From sequence record SRR22947725_6258: 39,607 nucleotides of DNA. One strand, given 5' to 3'. A program made the translations under genes and the position numbers. Of this stretch, positions 18,887 through 29,847 are shown one piece after another; position 1 is the stretch's first letter; the number at the start of each line of letters is the position of its first letter. Below the pieces are notes generated by a model. That model made no database searches. It had not been told where the DNA came from and saw nothing but the letters and a program-made list of their open reading frames with translations.

Positions 18887-19177
18887 ATGACCCGTTACAC
18901 CGTCGACAGTGAAGCCGTCATGCACGCGGCCAACCAAGCCAGAGCGAGCATCGCTCGATTGCAGGGCGAAGTGCATAGCCTGAACGCGCACCTGCAGTCA
19001 CTGGGCGCCACCTGGAGCGGGCCGGCAGCAAGTGCCTTCATCGTCGTTCACGACACCTGGCGCGGCACCCAGCTACGCGTGGAAGAAAGCCTTCAGGGCT
19101 TAACAGAAGCGCTCGGCCACGCGGGACAGCATTACCAAGAAATGGAACTCGCGAACACCAGGCTCTTTCAGCGTTAA
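18887..19177 (+). CDS. WXG100 (ESAT-6-like) family protein
   Basis: 96 aa, central WSG, C-terminal HYQEME; GAAAGGA SD. Confidence 0.9.
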   Translation: MTRYTVDSEAVMHAANQARASIARLQGEVHSLNAHLQSLGATWSGPAASAFIVVHDTWRGTQLRVEESLQGLTEALGHAGQHYQEMELANTRLFQR

Positions 19178-19179
19178 CG

Positions 19180-19215
19180 AAGAAACGGGGCGCCCCGAAG
19201 GACGCCCCGTTTCTT
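19180..19215. terminator. Bidirectional intrinsic terminator between WXG100 and groEL
   Basis: AAGAAACGGGGCG...CGCCCCGTTTCTT inverted repeat between convergent genes. Confidence 0.85.
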
Positions 19216-19223
19216 GTGTGCTT

Positions 19224-20849
<1,626 letters not shown>

Positions 20850-20887
20850 CTATTCGTCCCTCCCGGACGTCTTGTGTGCCATAGCTA

Positions 20888-20914
20888 TTGGCACTCGCCT
20901 ATTACGAGTGCTAA
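20888..20914. promoter_or_regulatory. CIRCE element 1 (HrcA operator)
   Basis: TTGGCACTC-N9-GAGTGCTAA upstream of groEL. Confidence 0.92.
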
Positions 20915-20920
20915 TTGATT

Positions 20921-20947
20921 TTGGCACTCTCTGCCTGAGAGTGCAAG
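20921..20947. promoter_or_regulatory. CIRCE element 2 (HrcA operator)
   Basis: TTGGCACTC-N9-GAGTGCAAG, 6 nt from the first copy. Confidence 0.88.
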
Positions 20948-20967
20948 TACAGCAGTGGGTGTCGCGA

Positions 20968-22014
20968 CTAGTTAATGGTCACCACGGCAGGATCAACATC
21001 AGAGCTGTCGTTGGGAACCAATTCCAGCCAGGTGTTGCCCTGGCCCAAAAGCACTGGGTCGCCTGCTTGGGTGGACAGAACAATGGGGGATTCCACGGTG
21101 GCCTTGATCCAGTTGATTTCGATGTAAGAGCCTCCGGTGAAGACCCATCCGGTGCCCTGGTTGACCAGGCGCGTGGTGGGGATGTCCTCAACAACATCGA
21201 TACTGACATTCAAGATGATGACGTTGGTCGCGGAAATCTGGTTACCACTGGAGGCCGAATCGGCTGCTCCGTTGGTCTGGAATCGCAAGAAAGCGCCTTG
21301 GGTGCCATCCCACTCCCAGGTGGGGCTGGAAAAACCACTGAACCGCGCGTTGACCGAAGCCATCGCCATTCCGCTGGCAAGCGCGCTCGAGTTTTCGACA
21401 GTATCGGCATAGTCAAACATGCGCTGTGGAGCGGGAAGGTCGAGGTGGTCGTTGATCAGCTCGGGCGCTTTAACCAACACGTTGTGGGGTGCGACCTTGG
21501 CGCTGGTCCGGTAGAAAGTTTCTTCTGTGTCGGGCTGCCCGTGGATAGCGTTATAGACGGGAGCCTCCTGCATTGCCTGAATAAAGCGAACCTGACCGCC
21601 CGAATACGCGAAGACGCCACCGAAGGGGCTCACGATTTCAGGGTCCATCGGGCGAACCGAACGAACGGGTCCGATTTCTGCGGGTAAAACCGAGTGCCAT
21701 ATGGCGACGTAGCGGGTGATACCGCCCTCTACCAATTCTTCAAACACGATGTCTGCCTCGTCGAGTCCAACCTGGGGCCTGGCAGAAGGATGGTTATCAA
21801 CTTTGGCCCCCAAAGAGGGACGCGACAAGCTTCCTGCTTCGATGGGCTCACCGGTCAGGGCAGCAACGGTGGCGTCATCAACGATGGGGGCGGTTTCTTC
21901 GGATGTCTCTGCACCAGGAACCTCTTCGAGGGTCGCTTCTTCAGCAGCACAAGCGGTAAGGGCCAGGGCAGCGATGGCTGCGGTGGCGAAAAGAGATGCG
22001 AAGCGAATAGCCAT
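20968..22014 (-). CDS. DUF3048 domain lipoprotein
   Basis: Lipobox [52 protein letters not shown]. Confidence 0.9.
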   Translation of the reverse strand: MAIRFASLFATAAIAALALTACAAEEATLEEVPGAETSEETAPIVDDATVAALTGEPIEAGSLSRPSLGAKVDNHPSARPQVGLDEADIVFEELVEGGITRYVAIWHSVLPAEIGPVRSVRPMDPEIVSPFGGVFAYSGGQVRFIQAMQEAPVYNAIHGQPDTEETFYRTSAKVAPHNVLVKAPELINDHLDLPAPQRMFDYADTVENSSALASGMAMASVNARFSGFSSPTWEWDGTQGAFLRFQTNGAADSASSGNQISATNVIILNVSIDVVEDIPTTRLVNQGTGWVFTGGSYIEINWIKATVESPIVLSTQAGDPVLLGQGNTWLELVPNDSSDVDPAVVTIN

Positions 22015-22051
22015 GGGATGACGCCTTTCCTCGGGTGAGTGATGTCTAAAG

Positions 22052-22669
22052 TTAGGTCGACTCGGTGTCGACGTAGTCTGCTCCCAGAACAACCGTTATA
22101 CGGGCACCGGGATAAGCAGTGGTTTGGACGACGGCGTCCGCTTCAAGCCCCAGAAGCTGGGCAATGCCCAACGCGCTGGCTTTATCAGCGTCCTCACTAT
22201 ACGCCACAACACTTTGGGCGACATCGGTGGAATCAGCGTTTGTCGCTGTCGCTTCGGGCCACCCAATGTCCGACAAGCGCGAGCTAGCTCGTCCCGCCAT
22301 TCCCTGGGCGGCGGTGCCATTCAAGACGGTCAGCGTCAGCCCTTCGGTATCTATTTGAGTGGGGTCCGTCACGGGCAAAGCCTCTTCGATCACCGGCTCT
22401 TGGGCCACAACCGGCGCTTCTTCAGGCTGGGGGTCGAGTGCCCCATCAATGACCGGGGGCGCAGTGTCCTCAAGCGTGAGGTTCGATGCGCTGCGGTCGA
22501 CGAACCACAGCCCACCAAGAACAAGCAGAACAACCGCGCCTAAGGCGATACCAATGGGCGCAAATACGGAAGCGCTCGAGCGGGTACTGCGGTGGATTCC
22601 GACATATTTCTTGTCTCGTGGGACATCATCAAAACGATCTGGAAGAAAGGAGGGTGTGCGCTGAGCCAT
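22052..22669 (-). CDS. LytR C-terminal domain membrane protein
   Basis: One TM, VLNGTAAQGMAG, ITVVLGADY. Confidence 0.88.
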   Translation of the reverse strand: MAQRTPSFLPDRFDDVPRDKKYVGIHRSTRSSASVFAPIGIALGAVVLLVLGGLWFVDRSASNLTLEDTAPPVIDGALDPQPEEAPVVAQEPVIEEALPVTDPTQIDTEGLTLTVLNGTAAQGMAGRASSRLSDIGWPEATATNADSTDVAQSVVAYSEDADKASALGIAQLLGLEADAVVQTTAYPGARITVVLGADYVDTEST

Positions 22670-22941
22670 TAGTGGCTGTCCTCTCCGTCACTTCGGGTGG
22701 CGGACTGTCGCATCCGCGCTGCCTCTTGGATGTTTCTCACTAGGACAGCGTCATATTCCACCGCTTGTGGCAAAGCACAAATCGCATACACGCGCTGATA
22801 ATAGCGAGCCACAGACAGACCCAGGTGTTCCCTCACCGCAGATTCCTTATTGGGTATCGACCCCCAGTGTGCCCTTTCAAACTCGAGAATCTCGCGGTCA
22901 CGCTCGCCCAGCTCGAAGGCCTGGGGGGAAGAAGCACTCAT
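22669..22941 (-). CDS. DUF3263 domain protein
   Basis: RDREILEFER.HW....KESAVRE.LGLS.ARYYQ; TACGAT-N7 favours ATG 22941. Confidence 0.88.
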   Translation of the reverse strand: MSASSPQAFELGERDREILEFERAHWGSIPNKESAVREHLGLSVARYYQRVYAICALPQAVEYDAVLVRNIQEAARMRQSATRSDGEDSH

Positions 22942-23001
22942 TATCCCCATCGTATCCAGCCACAGCCCGTTTTAGGCACTGCGCCATAGGCTGGGAGCAC
23001 T

Positions 23002-24111
23002 GTGAGAGCACGCCTAAGAATCCAATCTCTCGCCGTGACCGGGCTTCTGATCACCGGGCTCTCGGCGTGTGCTCCGGCATCGTTTTCGACTACCCCGACG
23101 CTGCCCCCGGTGGCAGGAGAGCGGCTTGCGCTCAAGGACATCGAATTTCTTGCTGACCCTCTGAAGTACGAGGGGCCGAGCACTGCACTACTGTCGCGTG
23201 CCGAGATTGTCGCCCCGGCAACAGCGCCCCCACAAACCCTCCCTTCCACCGTCACCTCCGATGAGCTCGGCGAGCCCGTGTCTGTCGAAATTCCCTCCAC
23301 CGGGCGGGTGCTTGCCCTAGATATGTCGGGATCACTGGCCGCAACGGTGTGGGCGCTGGGTTTTGGCGAAACCCTGGTGGGGCGAGATATCTCGACCACC
23401 TTTCCCGGCGTTGAAGACCTGCCCGTCGTGACCGGAAGCGGCCACGCTATCTCGCCCGAAAGCGTTCTGGCGTTGCGTCCGGATCTGATCATCACCGATG
23501 GAACCATTGGCCCCCTCGATGTGGTGTTGCAATTGCGCGACGCCGGAGTGAGCGTGGTATTTGTTCGAGAGCCTGCTGGATTAAGCGCACCCGCAGCGAT
23601 GGCGCGATCTGTGGCAGCGATATTTGGAGCCCCCGATGCGGGCGAGCAACTGGCGAACACGCTTGGTGTGGAGATCGATGCCATCACGGGGACCATCGCA
23701 GGGAAAGCGCCCGTTCTTCGCGAGAACAAGCTGCGGATGGTGTTTCTCTATCTGCGCGGTGCCAACGGTATCTATTACCTCTTTGGTGAAGAATCGGGCG
23801 CCGGTGAGCTCATCGAAGCATTGGGTGGTGTCGACATCGCTACGGAAACCGGTTGGGTTGGCATGCGTCCCATGACCGACGAAGGCCTCATTGCCGCAAA
23901 CCCAGACCTGATTCTGGTGATGACCGATGGGTTAGTCAGTGTCGGCGGGGCCGAGGAACTCGTGAAGGAAAAACCGGCCATCGGGCTCACCCGCGCTGGC
24001 CAGAAACTGCGTTTTGTCGATATGGCGGATTCGCAGGTGTTGAGCTTTGGTCCAAGGACTCCCGATGTTATCGACGCCCTTGCGCGCGCGATTTACGCAC
24101 CCGAACAATAG
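23002..24111 (+). CDS. Heme ABC transporter substrate-binding lipoprotein (HmuT-like)
   Basis: Lipobox LSAC; LVGRD, SGHAISPESVLAL (candidate His ligand), YLRG..GIYYLFG (candidate Tyr ligand), LSFGPRT. Confidence 0.88.
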   Translation: MRARLRIQSLAVTGLLITGLSACAPASFSTTPTLPPVAGERLALKDIEFLADPLKYEGPSTALLSRAEIVAPATAPPQTLPSTVTSDELGEPVSVEIPSTGRVLALDMSGSLAATVWALGFGETLVGRDISTTFPGVEDLPVVTGSGHAISPESVLALRPDLIITDGTIGPLDVVLQLRDAGVSVVFVREPAGLSAPAAMARSVAAIFGAPDAGEQLANTLGVEIDAITGTIAGKAPVLRENKLRMVFLYLRGANGIYYLFGEESGAGELIEALGGVDIATETGWVGMRPMTDEGLIAANPDLILVMTDGLVSVGGAEELVKEKPAIGLTRAGQKLRFVDMADSQVLSFGPRTPDVIDALARAIYAPEQ

Positions 24112-24778
24112 CGAGCGCTGCGAGAGAAGAGCTCGCGGCAATTCCTGCAACACCGCCGACAACTCCCCAGGGCGAAAGTTTCTCTTGGAAGCACCCAGGG
24201 CTTGCCTGAAGAATGAAGTCCAGGGGATCCAGTTCTTCCCCTGCGGGATAGGTGCCAAAAGCCTGTGATCCGGCTTCGGTCAGCACCACCGTGGCATTAT
24301 CAACACCCCAGATTCCTGCGACCTGGTCAACATCGCTGGCACCCCAGGAAACGCTGGCGAAGGCGACGTTGTCTTCGCTAACACTCACTTCCTCCATGGT
24401 GTCTCCGGTCACATCAAGAAAAAGAGTGGCGGAGCGGGGATCGACGAATTCGACACGGGGGTTAGCGAGGGTGGTCTCCAGTATTCCGCCATGCCCTTCG
24501 AAGGCGAGAGACCCGGTGAAGCTCACCTCGCCCGCCGAGCGGTCCGGACTCACAAAGCCTTGACCATCGCTAAAACTAAAGGCCGGTGTTTCATAACCAA
24601 TATCGCCCTCCACAACCCACTGACCCTGGGCGATAGAACCAGAGATATAGGAGCGAAAAGACTCCTTGAAGCCCCAGCTGACCGTCATGCCCGACACCTC
24701 GCAGGCACCTGCGGGAACCGCGAGCGGGTTGAGCGACCCGACAGCAAGAACAGCAATCGCAGCGAGCTTAAGCATCAC
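24068..24778 (-). CDS. HtaA (CR) domain heme-binding protein, signal peptide plus C-terminal TM anchor
   Basis: WGFKESFRSYI, FEGHGGIL, AFGTYPAGEELDP conserved HtaA motifs. Confidence 0.9.
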   Translation of the reverse strand: MMLKLAAIAVLAVGSLNPLAVPAGACEVSGMTVSWGFKESFRSYISGSIAQGQWVVEGDIGYETPAFSFSDGQGFVSPDRSAGEVSFTGSLAFEGHGGILETTLANPRVEFVDPRSATLFLDVTGDTMEEVSVSEDNVAFASVSWGASDVDQVAGIWGVDNATVVLTEAGSQAFGTYPAGEELDPLDFILQASPGCFQEKLSPWGVVGGVAGIAASSSLAALAIVRVRKSRAQGRR

Positions 24779-25235
24779 TTCGTCGAACCATCAGTCGGTG
24801 GGCAATACCTGCTTCGGTAAACGTCTCGCCCACCGGAGTGAACCCCACCGAGGCATAGAGAGGCATGACGTATTCCTGGGCGTGGAGGTAGAGAGGTTTA
24901 TCCCCCATTATCGCGAGAGCTTCGAGAAGCAATTCCTTTGCCAAGCCCTGGCCCCGACAGTCTTTTCTCACAACCATCCGACCCAAGCTCCACGAAATGC
25001 CCTGGTGGGCATCAGCCACCGAGTCATCGTGGACGATGCGGAGATACCCCGTCATCCCCCGATCATCGCTTCGCCACAGGTGGAGAGTGTCCTCGTGGCG
25101 ATCAAGAGAATCGAGCTCTTCCTCGTCAATTTTTTGCTCGAGGAAGAAGATTTCGGTGCGAAGAACAGCCATCTCGAAAACATCGTCAGGTGTGAATTCA
25201 CCCCACGTTTTCACCACGGTGTCGCTCTTTGTCAT
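24768..25235 (-). CDS. ElaA-like GNAT acetyltransferase
   Basis: LRTEIFFLEQ, LGRMVV...RGQGLA, LHAQEY, EAGIAH; TAAACT-N7-ATG. Confidence 0.88.
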   Translation of the reverse strand: MTKSDTVVKTWGEFTPDDVFEMAVLRTEIFFLEQKIDEEELDSLDRHEDTLHLWRSDDRGMTGYLRIVHDDSVADAHQGISWSLGRMVVRKDCRGQGLAKELLLEALAIMGDKPLYLHAQEYVMPLYASVGFTPVGETFTEAGIAHRLMVRRSDA

Positions 25236-25287
25236 TCTGGCGAGTTTAATAGGGTTAACGAAGTTTCTCCTGGACAAAGGACTCACC

Positions 25288-25692
25288 ATGGTTGAAAAAG
25301 TCACCAAAGATAACGCCCTGTGGAAAGCAGAGCTTCCCCCCGAGCGCTTCGCCATCCTCCGCGAAGCAGCCACAGAGCCGCCCTGGAGTGGCGAGCTGCT
25401 GGGAGAGAAACGTGACGGGGTGTATTCGTGCGCCGGCTGTGGCCAAGCGCTCTTCACAAGCGACACCAAGTTTGAATCAGGCTCTGGCTGGCCATCCTTC
25501 TTTGATGCCATCGAACCAGGTGCCGTGATTCTGCATGAAGACCGAAGCCTGGGCATGTTGCGCACCGAAGTGTTGTGCGGGGCATGTAACGGTCACTTGG
25601 GTCACCTTTTCGATGACGCGGTGGGAACACCGACCGGGCAACGCTATTGCATGAACTCACTCGCCATGGAGTTTGACGAAAAAGATAACTAA
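25288..25692 (+). CDS. msrB: Peptide-methionine (R)-S-oxide reductase
   Basis: CAGC/CGAC Zn ligands, KFESGSGWPSF, GHLGHLF, RYCMNS; AAAGGA SD. Confidence 0.96.
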   Translation: MVEKVTKDNALWKAELPPERFAILREAATEPPWSGELLGEKRDGVYSCAGCGQALFTSDTKFESGSGWPSFFDAIEPGAVILHEDRSLGMLRTEVLCGACNGHLGHLFDDAVGTPTGQRYCMNSLAMEFDEKDN

Positions 25693-26633
25693 CGCTTTTT
25701 CGCCAGGGTCACCATCACCGAACCTGCGAGGGTGACCATCGCTCCCAGCACTGTGGCAAGATGCAAATCAGAGGTCTCCACTGGCGCGATGACGTCCAGA
25801 ATGACCGACCCCATCAACTGGCCGGTCACCAAGCTCACCCCCAGGCCTAGAACACCGATGATGGTGACAGCGGTGACTTGGATAGCAATAAAGAAAGCCC
25901 CCACTGCCCCGCCAACCCACAACCACCAGGTGTCAGGCCAAGCCACTGCGCCACCTGTGAACGGCAGTGCGAGGACAAAGAGGACTCCGAGCACGAGCGC
26001 TCCCGCAAGAAAATTTACAAATGTGGCACTCAGTGCTGACCCTGACACGGTGCGTACTTTTCCGTTAACGGCTTGCTGAAAACCAGTCCCCGCTCCGGCG
26101 AGAAGGGGCAATAAGAACAACACACCCGTCAGTTCTGTTTCTCCCGGCGTGAAATCCAGAGCAACAAAAACGCCTGTCAGTACGATCGCTGCGCCTGTAA
26201 TTCGCCAGAGATTCAACCGTACACGCGGTGCCCCGAACCAGCCGCGAGTATCAATCACCAGTGCACCCAGGGTTTGACCGGTAACCACCGCGATCGTGAA
26301 GAGCGCAACGCCCAGCACCCCAGCGCTCAACCCTTGAGTGAGCACCAAAAACCCGCCACCGGCACCACCAATGACAGCCCACCAGGGGACATCACCGGCT
26401 CGGATCGCCCGCGCCACCGTCACAACCCCCTGCCGGCCTTTCCGCCTGGTCAACATCACCGCCCCGAGAATGCTGAGGCCAATAGAAAATGACAACAACG
26501 CCGCCAAGAACCCGTTCCCCAGGGCCAGCCCAAATTCTCCGTTAATGCGAGATTGGAGCGCAACGAGCATTCCCGAAATAACGCTGGCAACGACAGCGAC
26601 AATCACTTTCAATCGCGAGGGGGAAGCCATCAT
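25689..26633 (-). CDS. DMT family transporter (two YdcZ-like repeats)
   Basis: ~10 TMs; duplicated ALQSRING / GFQQAVNG and GQ..G.L.ID motifs. Confidence 0.88.
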   Translation of the reverse strand: MMASPSRLKVIVAVVASVISGMLVALQSRINGEFGLALGNGFLAALLSFSIGLSILGAVMLTRRKGRQGVVTVARAIRAGDVPWWAVIGGAGGGFLVLTQGLSAGVLGVALFTIAVVTGQTLGALVIDTRGWFGAPRVRLNLWRITGAAIVLTGVFVALDFTPGETELTGVLFLLPLLAGAGTGFQQAVNGKVRTVSGSALSATFVNFLAGALVLGVLFVLALPFTGGAVAWPDTWWLWVGGAVGAFFIAIQVTAVTIIGVLGLGVSLVTGQLMGSVILDVIAPVETSDLHLATVLGAMVTLAGSVMVTLAKKR

Positions 26634-26658
26634 CAGGTCTCAAGGCTATCCTCCAAGC

Positions 26659-26826
26659 ATGAGGAACAGCATGCTCGGAGTCGGGTTTCTCGTGGTGTTT
26701 GGCATTGTGGTAATCACCTACCCTTCCTACGCCAACAACGATGTTGTCGTGTTTGCCGTGGTGGCAGCAATGCTCGCGCTGGGATTGGCAGGCATTGTGC
26801 TCTCGGGTCGACCGGGAAAAGACTAG
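26659..26826 (+). CDS. 55-aa two-TM small membrane protein
   Basis: MRNSMLGVGFLVVFGIVVITYPSYANNDVVVFAVVAAMLALGLAGIVLSGRPGKD; TATCCT-N6-ATG. Confidence 0.65.
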   Translation: MRNSMLGVGFLVVFGIVVITYPSYANNDVVVFAVVAAMLALGLAGIVLSGRPGKD

Positions 26827-26893
26827 GTCTTCAACAATGCCTGAGCTGGCACCTGTTCCCACCGGGCCGAGTGTAAAAACTCTCCCGGGACTG

Positions 26894-27826
26894 CTAAACA
26901 GTGGGTGATTCTTCATCCTTGTCGGGTTCGGTAATACCCGGAGACACGGTGGCGCGCGGCCCACTCACGTCGGTGACCTCCTGCGCAAGGGGTTCCCGCG
27001 CCGATAGACGCTCCACCTGGTCCGACAGGACCCTCCTAATACGGGCTACATCTGTCAGCGACCCACTGACATCCGAGAAGATGGTATTTACTAACCCCAA
27101 AGACTCTTCCACGTTCTTGCGGGCACTGCTCAACGCACGAGAAGTCGTATCGTGCGCAGCTCTTTTGGCCTGCAACACAATCTCTTCCGCCTGCTTTTCC
27201 AAATCAAGGGCGCGCTGCTCCGTGGTTTTGGCATACTGATCCGCTTCCCGTTGAACCCTCATGGCATAGCTTTCTGCCTGGTCCCGGACTTCTGCCTCTT
27301 GCCGGTCGAGCAAAGTTTTTTGCGCACGCAGTTCACTATCAATATCTTGCGCACGCTTCGCTGCCTCGGCTAGGACTTTCTTTGCCTCATCCTCGAGCTT
27401 TTCAGCCCTTTCTTGGGCGCTGGCCACAATTGCTTGCGATCGCTCCTCGGCTTGAGCCATAATTTCCTTCGCCGCGGCCTGCGTGCTGTCTTTTAGCTCC
27501 AAAGCCTCATCGTTCGCCGCTGCGGCTTTCTTGAGGAGGCCATCCGCAACCAGCTCCGCGTCGCTAATGATTGTGGCCGACTGAGTGGAGGCCGCTTCCC
27601 GAATCCTCGTTGCTTCGTTCCTGGAGTGTCCGAGGACTACAGCAGCTTCAGCGCTTGCCTCTTCTATCTGACGCCCCACGCTGAGCCGGAGTTCCGTGTT
27701 TGCGTCTGTGGCTTGCGCAAGTTTTCTAGCGCCCGTAGCAATCTCGCTCTTCAGCTCTGCGATTAGGGCATCTACGGCCCCTGTATCGTAGCCGCGCAAA
27801 ACCTTTGGAAGGGTGTCATTCATCAT
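26894..27826 (-). CDS. DivIVA-like domain coiled-coil protein
   Basis: N-terminal VLRGYDTGAVDALI, then Ala/Glu-rich heptad repeats; TAACCT-N6-ATG. Confidence 0.75.
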   Translation of the reverse strand: MMNDTLPKVLRGYDTGAVDALIAELKSEIATGARKLAQATDANTELRLSVGRQIEEASAEAAVVLGHSRNEATRIREAASTQSATIISDAELVADGLLKKAAAANDEALELKDSTQAAAKEIMAQAEERSQAIVASAQERAEKLEDEAKKVLAEAAKRAQDIDSELRAQKTLLDRQEAEVRDQAESYAMRVQREADQYAKTTEQRALDLEKQAEEIVLQAKRAAHDTTSRALSSARKNVEESLGLVNTIFSDVSGSLTDVARIRRVLSDQVERLSAREPLAQEVTDVSGPRATVSPGITEPDKDEESPTV

Positions 27827-27937
27827 TCGTCCAGGTTAACACGATGGGTGCTTGCATGCGCACACTCTGTTCAAGAACCTGGGAAAGTCTATGAAACCCG
27901 ATCGATTTCTCACTTCCCAGCTAGACTCAGGCTTGAC

Positions 27938-28013
27938 TGGGGCCACCTGAGAGAATTGAACTCTCGACCTTCTCATTACGAGTGAGACGCTCTACCAACT
28001 GAGCTAAGGCGGC
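27938..28013 (-). tRNA. tRNA-Thr(CGT)
   Basis: GCCGCCTTAGCTCAGTTGGTAGAGCGTCTCACT-CGT-AATGAGAAGGTCGAGAGTTCAATTCTCTCAGGTGGCCCCA; 76 nt with CCA; usual position downstream of holB. Confidence 0.96.
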
Positions 28014-28077
28014 TTGTCCCAAGGGGACTGCACCATGGTAACCGAAATCCAGATGTCGGCTTGCTGATTGGCAGGAT

Positions 28078-29217
28078 CTAAACGACCGCCGCTTTGCCAC
28101 TGAGCTCAATCAACAAGGCCTCCAGCACCAAGAGCGGTGGTGAATTTTGCGCCATCCGAGCTCTGGCCTGGTCGATGGCGTCGAGGCTTGACATAGTGAG
28201 CTCGGCCGTTGTGCCAGCGGCTCGCTCCGACAGAAGTTCTTGGTGCTTGACGTTAATAAGCCCCACTTCTGCGCCCACTTGGATCATCAAAACATCGCGC
28301 AGAAGGGACATCACATCAACGAGGACACGATCAACCGCATCCCTCAGGCTTCTCGTGGCGCGACGCTTTTGATCGTCCTCCATCGATTTCACGTGGGAGC
28401 GAACGGCGGCGGGCACTGCTCCCCCAGGCGCTATACCCAACGAGTGCAAGAGCGACTCCCGCTCCTTCGAGTCGAGGCGATCCACCAGTGCCGCTGCATC
28501 TTGTTTGCACAGCTCTAGCAACTCGGCAGCGGTTTTCACCGCGCCTGAAACAGAAACCACGTTCAACACCGCCTGCACCGAGGAATCACGTCGAGACCTG
28601 GCCTCGGGGTCTGTAGCCAACCGGGTGGCCATGCCAATGTGGTTTTGGGATTCGGTTGCCGCCATGCGGGCCACGTCTTCCTCGACACCCTCGCGCTGGG
28701 AAATCAGCCGCGCCACATCATCAACGGTCGGAACAACGAGATTTACACTGCGCATCCGCGAACGGATCGTAGGCAACACATCTGCCGGAGAGGGAGCACA
28801 CAAAATCCACACCGTCTGTGGCGGGGGTTCTTCTAAAGCTTTGAGCAACACATTCGAGGTTCGATCCGTCATTCGGTCGGCATCTTCAATGACCACCACG
28901 CGATAGGGCGCCTGCGAAGGAGAAAAATAGGAAAAAGACACCAACGCCCGGACTTCTTCGATGGTGATGGTCACGCGGTCCGTGGCAAGAATCGACACAT
29001 CCGGGTGAGCTCCAGCAATCACCCGTTTCCACCGAGCCGCATCGAGCCCGGCCCCCACCAGCTCGGCGGCAAAAGCATGGGCCAGGGTGGAACGCCCAGA
29101 ACCTGGAGGGCCAGTCACCAACCAGGCGTGGGTCATCGCTTGCGAACCCGGCTGCGCTGCTGCTTTCATCAAGGCGACGGCGGAGTCTTGGCCCACCAAC
29201 TCATCCCACAGCGTCAT
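28078..29217 (-). CDS. holB: DNA polymerase III subunit delta'
   Basis: HAWLVTGPPGSGRS, HPDV, NVLLKALEEPP, PTIRSR; follows tmk. Confidence 0.95.
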   Translation of the reverse strand: MTLWDELVGQDSAVALMKAAAQPGSQAMTHAWLVTGPPGSGRSTLAHAFAAELVGAGLDAARWKRVIAGAHPDVSILATDRVTITIEEVRALVSFSYFSPSQAPYRVVVIEDADRMTDRTSNVLLKALEEPPPQTVWILCAPSPADVLPTIRSRMRSVNLVVPTVDDVARLISQREGVEEDVARMAATESQNHIGMATRLATDPEARSRRDSSVQAVLNVVSVSGAVKTAAELLELCKQDAAALVDRLDSKERESLLHSLGIAPGGAVPAAVRSHVKSMEDDQKRRATRSLRDAVDRVLVDVMSLLRDVLMIQVGAEVGLINVKHQELLSERAAGTTAELTMSSLDAIDQARARMAQNSPPLLVLEALLIELSGKAAVV

Positions 29218-29226
29218 GATTCCAGG

Positions 29227-29847
29227 TTAGTCGAGGAGAGCAGACACCCTCTGGGTAATCAGCTGATGGATGTCCTCAATGGAGGCAGTGCCATCAATGA
29301 CTTCAAAGCGCCCAGGCTCAGCATGGGCTAGCCCCACATAGCTTTCGCGAACCCTTTCGTGAAAATCCAACGCTTCGGCTTCCAAACGATCGTATTGGCG
29401 CTCTCCGCTGGCCTGACGCTTCGCGCCAATACCCGCTGGGACATCCAACAAAATAGTCACCTCAGGCATCAGCTCCTCTGTGGCCCAGAGCGAGAGGTTT
29501 CTCACCTCGACCGGATCCAGCACGCGCCCAGCACCTTGATAGGCGACCGATGAATCGAGGTAGCGGTCTTGCAAAACGACTTCACCCCGCTGCAGAGCTG
29601 GACGAACAATCTCGTGAATGTGGTGGGCACGATCTGCGGCATAAATAAGTGCTTCGGCGCGGGGTGCGATGAAGCCTCGGCGGTGGAGAACTATGTCGCG
29701 CAATTCGTTCCCCAAATCGCTCCCACCAGGTTCACGGGTCACTAAGACTGTGTGACCCTTGCCCCTCAACCACTCCGCGAGCAAACCAATTTGGGTGGTC
29801 TTCCCCGACGCATCACCACCTTCAAAGGTGACAAACAGGCCCTTCAC
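29227..29847 (-). CDS. tmk: Thymidylate kinase
   Basis: FEGGDASGKTT, TREPGG, DRYLDSSVAYQG. Confidence 0.96.
   Translation of the reverse strand: MKGLFVTFEGGDASGKTTQIGLLAEWLRGKGHTVLVTREPGGSDLGNELRDIVLHRRGFIAPRAEALIYAADRAHHIHEIVRPALQRGEVVLQDRYLDSSVAYQGAGRVLDPVEVRNLSLWATEELMPEVTILLDVPAGIGAKRQASGERQYDRLEAEALDFHERVRESYVGLAHAEPGRFEVIDGTASIEDIHQLITQRVSALLD

Noticed and set aside
27927-28109. 60-aa ORF downstream of holB
   Set aside because: Shadow of tRNA-Thr.
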